From assembly GCA_964537315.1 (NCBI GenBank), contig CAZIAP010000001.1, positions 221,938-285,937 on the forward strand: 64,000 bases of DNA, in the 5' to 3' direction. Source of the DNA: an uncultured Gammaproteobacteria bacterium (GTDB lineage Bacteria; Patescibacteriota; Microgenomatia; Levybacterales; GWA1-39-11). Below, one piece after another: positions 61,542 through 64,000 of the stretch. Position 1 is the stretch's first letter, and the number at the start of each line of letters is the position of its first letter. A program made the position numbers and the translations under genes. The notes under the pieces are model-generated. The model saw nothing but the letters and a program-made list of their open reading frames with translations. It was not told where the DNA came from and made no database searches.

Positions 61542-62993
61542 CTATTTTTCTACCAGCTTATTACTAATTTTATAAACATCTCCTGCTCCCATGGTTACAA
61601 TAACATACTCAGCAGAATTATAGTTTTGAGTACAGTATTCTACCATATTATCCACAGACTCAATAAATTGAGCGTCTGTACTGCTAACTATTTGATCATA
61701 TAATTTTCTTTGCTCATTTTCATCTACCTTTTCTTCTCTAGCTGATGGAAAAATGGGAAGTAATAATAACTTATCTGTATCTTCATAAGCACTACAGAAT
61801 TGATGAATAAGTTTTTCCGTGCGAGAAAAGGTGTGTGGTTGAAATATAGTAATTATTTTTTTATCGGGATATGTTGACCTTAGTGCAGTCAATGTAGCCT
61901 TAATTTCAGCCGGATGATGAGCATAGTCATCAATGACTATAGCACCCCCGATTGTTGTACCTATGAGCTCTAATCTCCTTTTGGTACCTGTAAACTTTTT
62001 AAGTCCTTGCTCTATATCGTCAAACTGAATTCCGAGAGAGTGCAGTAATGCAACCGCGGATAAAGAGTTTATAGCATTATGCATTCCGATCACTGGAACA
62101 GATATTGTGCCCAATAAGCTTCCATCTCGCAAAACCTCGTATTTTACGCCAGCAAGTGTATTACTGATATCTACTGCCTGGTATGTGTTATTGCTATCTG
62201 TCCCGAACGTTACCACACTTACACCACTCTGAATAAAATTCACTACTCTTTTATATTCCGGATTATCTCCTGAAATTGTCAGCACCCCTCCGCTCTGAAT
62301 ATTGCTTACAAATTTTTCGAAAGCAACATATATGCTCTCCAGATCATCAAACACATCAGGATGATCAAAGTCTATGTTAGTAATAACTGCACCGAACGGA
62401 TACTGATAATGAAATTTAGGTACGCGATCATATTTTAAATCAGAAAAATATTCATCGGATTCTGCAACGAAATATTCTCCGGTTCCATAATAACCTGCAT
62501 CACCAAGCGAGGCAACTCCCCCTGTACCGATTAAATAAGATGGGTCTTTACCTGCATATTTTAAGATAGTAGCAATCATTGCGGATGTTGTTGTTTTTCC
62601 ATGAGAACCTGCAACTGAAATCCCTTTTATATCTTGACGATTAAGCAACTCTCCTGACTGAAATTTGCCTAACGCCTGACCAAACGTGAGAGTGTTTATT
62701 CCCAACTCTCTTGCTCGCAGCACTTGAGGATTCTCCTGCCCTCCGTGAGACGCAGAGTAAATAACAATAGCCTCATCCGTAGAGCTATCTAAAAACTTAT
62801 TGATGCTTTCCAATTCAAAACCTATATCAATTCCGATACCGTTTCTGCTTAACATTTCACTGGTAATAAAATCCTCTCCAACATCGCTTCCATGTACGTC
62901 CAAACCTGCTTGTTTAGCAATTACGGCTAGTGCAGCCATCCCAACCCCTTTTATTCCAACAAAATATACTTTTTTATATGATTTGTTCCCCAT
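61542..62993 (-). CDS. murC: UDP-MurNAc--L-alanine ligase
   Basis: GIKGVGMAALA, GSHGKTTTS, ESDE, DDYAHHP, FQPHTFSRT. Confidence 0.96.
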   Translation of the reverse strand: MGNKSYKKVYFVGIKGVGMAALAVIAKQAGLDVHGSDVGEDFITSEMLSRNGIGIDIGFELESINKFLDSSTDEAIVIYSASHGGQENPQVLRARELGINTLTFGQALGKFQSGELLNRQDIKGISVAGSHGKTTTSAMIATILKYAGKDPSYLIGTGGVASLGDAGYYGTGEYFVAESDEYFSDLKYDRVPKFHYQYPFGAVITNIDFDHPDVFDDLESIYVAFEKFVSNIQSGGVLTISGDNPEYKRVVNFIQSGVSVVTFGTDSNNTYQAVDISNTLAGVKYEVLRDGSLLGTISVPVIGMHNAINSLSAVALLHSLGIQFDDIEQGLKKFTGTKRRLELIGTTIGGAIVIDDYAHHPAEIKATLTALRSTYPDKKIITIFQPHTFSRTEKLIHQFCSAYEDTDKLLLLPIFPSAREEKVDENEQRKLYDQIVSSTDAQFIESVDNMVEYCTQNYNSAEYVIVTMGAGDVYKISNKLVEK

Positions 62994-62997
62994 ATAG

Positions 62998-63699
62998 TTA
63001 TAGTTCCTTCATCCCTATCACTGTCATAAACTCACCAAATGTATCAGAGCTATCTCCGCGATAAGAAAAATATGAATCAAGGTTACATTTAGTACACTTA
63101 CCTGACATCTTTATGTTGTCGACATGAATTCCTTCTTTTTCCGCAACATTTTTGGCAACTTTTGGTAGGTCTAAAAATATCTTATCACCATGATACCTAA
63201 AAATATCTTCTGAATTTAGCAAATTACTAAAGCTCTCCGCCCGCTTTTCATCAATATCATAACAACAAGAACCGATACATGGTCCGATTGAAAGTTGGAT
63301 TGATTTATTTGATGCACCAAGCTCTCTAGCGGCAATAATTAGATTTGAAACAACACCTGCAAGCAAACCTTTATACCCAGCATGAGCGATTCCGACTACA
63401 CCAGCATGTAGATCAACTATGCTTACAGGAACACAGTCAGCGGTAACCACTCCGAGAAAAACATGGGGACGATTTGTGACCAACCCATCCGCGTTTTCAA
63501 CTATCTGTGGGGTATCTTCATCAACACTTACAACTGTATCTCCGTGTACTTGTTTCATAAAATGTGTAGAATTGTAAGGAATTTCCAACTTTTCTAAGAA
63601 TTGCTGTACATTGCCTCGTTGTAAAATTCGATTGGACATCATACTTCCATCTGACCTGTGAGAAACTGCTGAGACAACATGTAGATTATTACTTTTCAT
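62998..63699 (-). CDS. pgeF: Peptidoglycan editing factor PgeF (YfiH/laccase-domain)
   Basis: QVHG, ADGLVT, TADCVP, HAGYKG, IGPCI..CCY, CT.C....FSYR. Confidence 0.92.
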   Translation of the reverse strand: MKSNNLHVVSAVSHRSDGSMMSNRILQRGNVQQFLEKLEIPYNSTHFMKQVHGDTVVSVDEDTPQIVENADGLVTNRPHVFLGVVTADCVPVSIVDLHAGVVGIAHAGYKGLLAGVVSNLIIAARELGASNKSIQLSIGPCIGSCCYDIDEKRAESFSNLLNSEDIFRYHGDKIFLDLPKVAKNVAEKEGIHVDNIKMSGKCTKCNLDSYFSYRGDSSDTFGEFMTVIGMKEL

Positions 63700-64000
63700 A
63701 TTTTTTCAATATACTATTTATCACTTCATAATCACTCCAAGGAATTTCTCCATTTCCCAAGTTCATAGATTGCTCATGTCCTTTTCCAGTGACAACAACA
63801 ATATCACCCTTTTCCGCTACTGACAAGGCAAGCTTAATTGCCTCGCGTCTATCCGGAATTTTATATACATACTTATTATCTTTAGAGTTCTTAGATTGAA
63901 CCTGCTTTCCTTCTGCTTGTCGAGTATCTGAATCTTTGACTGTGAAATTATTAGATATACCTGTTGCAATCTGGTCAATAATATTTTCTACTTTCTCGCT
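63689..64000 (-). CDS. murE: MurE ligase, 3' end only (partial)
   Basis: Hand translation: ...IPDRREAIKLALSVAEKGDIVVVTGKGHEQSMNLGNGEIPWSDYEV...YEK*. Confidence 0.9.
   Translation of the reverse strand, partial: SEKVENIIDQIATGISNNFTVKDSDTRQAEGKQVQSKNSKDNKYVYKIPDRREAIKLALSVAEKGDIVVVTGKGHEQSMNLGNGEIPWSDYEVINSILKKYEK

Overview
AT-rich, gene-dense bacterial chromosome segment that looks like Patescibacteria/CPR (Microgenomates-like). This is inferred from the short F1Fo delta subunit, membrane-anchored MurF, GT-C-rich glycosylation locus, near-absence of Shine-Dalgarno sites and a CPR-type RAYT. Left to right: (1) two coupled large secreted modular proteins, one with a dockerin-like module and one with a cohesin-like module; (2) tRNA-Gly, a double-LysM membrane protein and tRNA-Asp; (3) polX, lemA, murT-gatD, gatC-ASCH-gatA-gatB, an HGDEF-variant GGDEF protein and dnaE; (4) a complete atpBEFHAGDC operon; (5) a Wzx/GT/GT-C/O-antigen-ligase-like glycosylation cluster; (6) a secreted glycosidase-like propeller fused to a C39-like peptidase, lepB, rplU-rpmA-parB, rodA, ileS; (7) a phosphohexomutase and a RAYT-type Y1 transposase flanked by two identically built palindrome doublets; (8) the dcw cluster (murE partial to ftsZ). 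Best leads: a cohesin-dockerin-like surface complex; a possible eukaryote-like UDP-GlcNAc route (GlmU without its acetyltransferase domain plus an adjacent GNA1-like GNAT); a RAYT/REPIN-like unit with 13-25-13 geometry; a twin palindromic operator and structured leader on the atp operon; and recurrent leaderless promoters including a TTGACA-17-GAnnAT class. All calls come from reading the sequence by eye; no searches were run.
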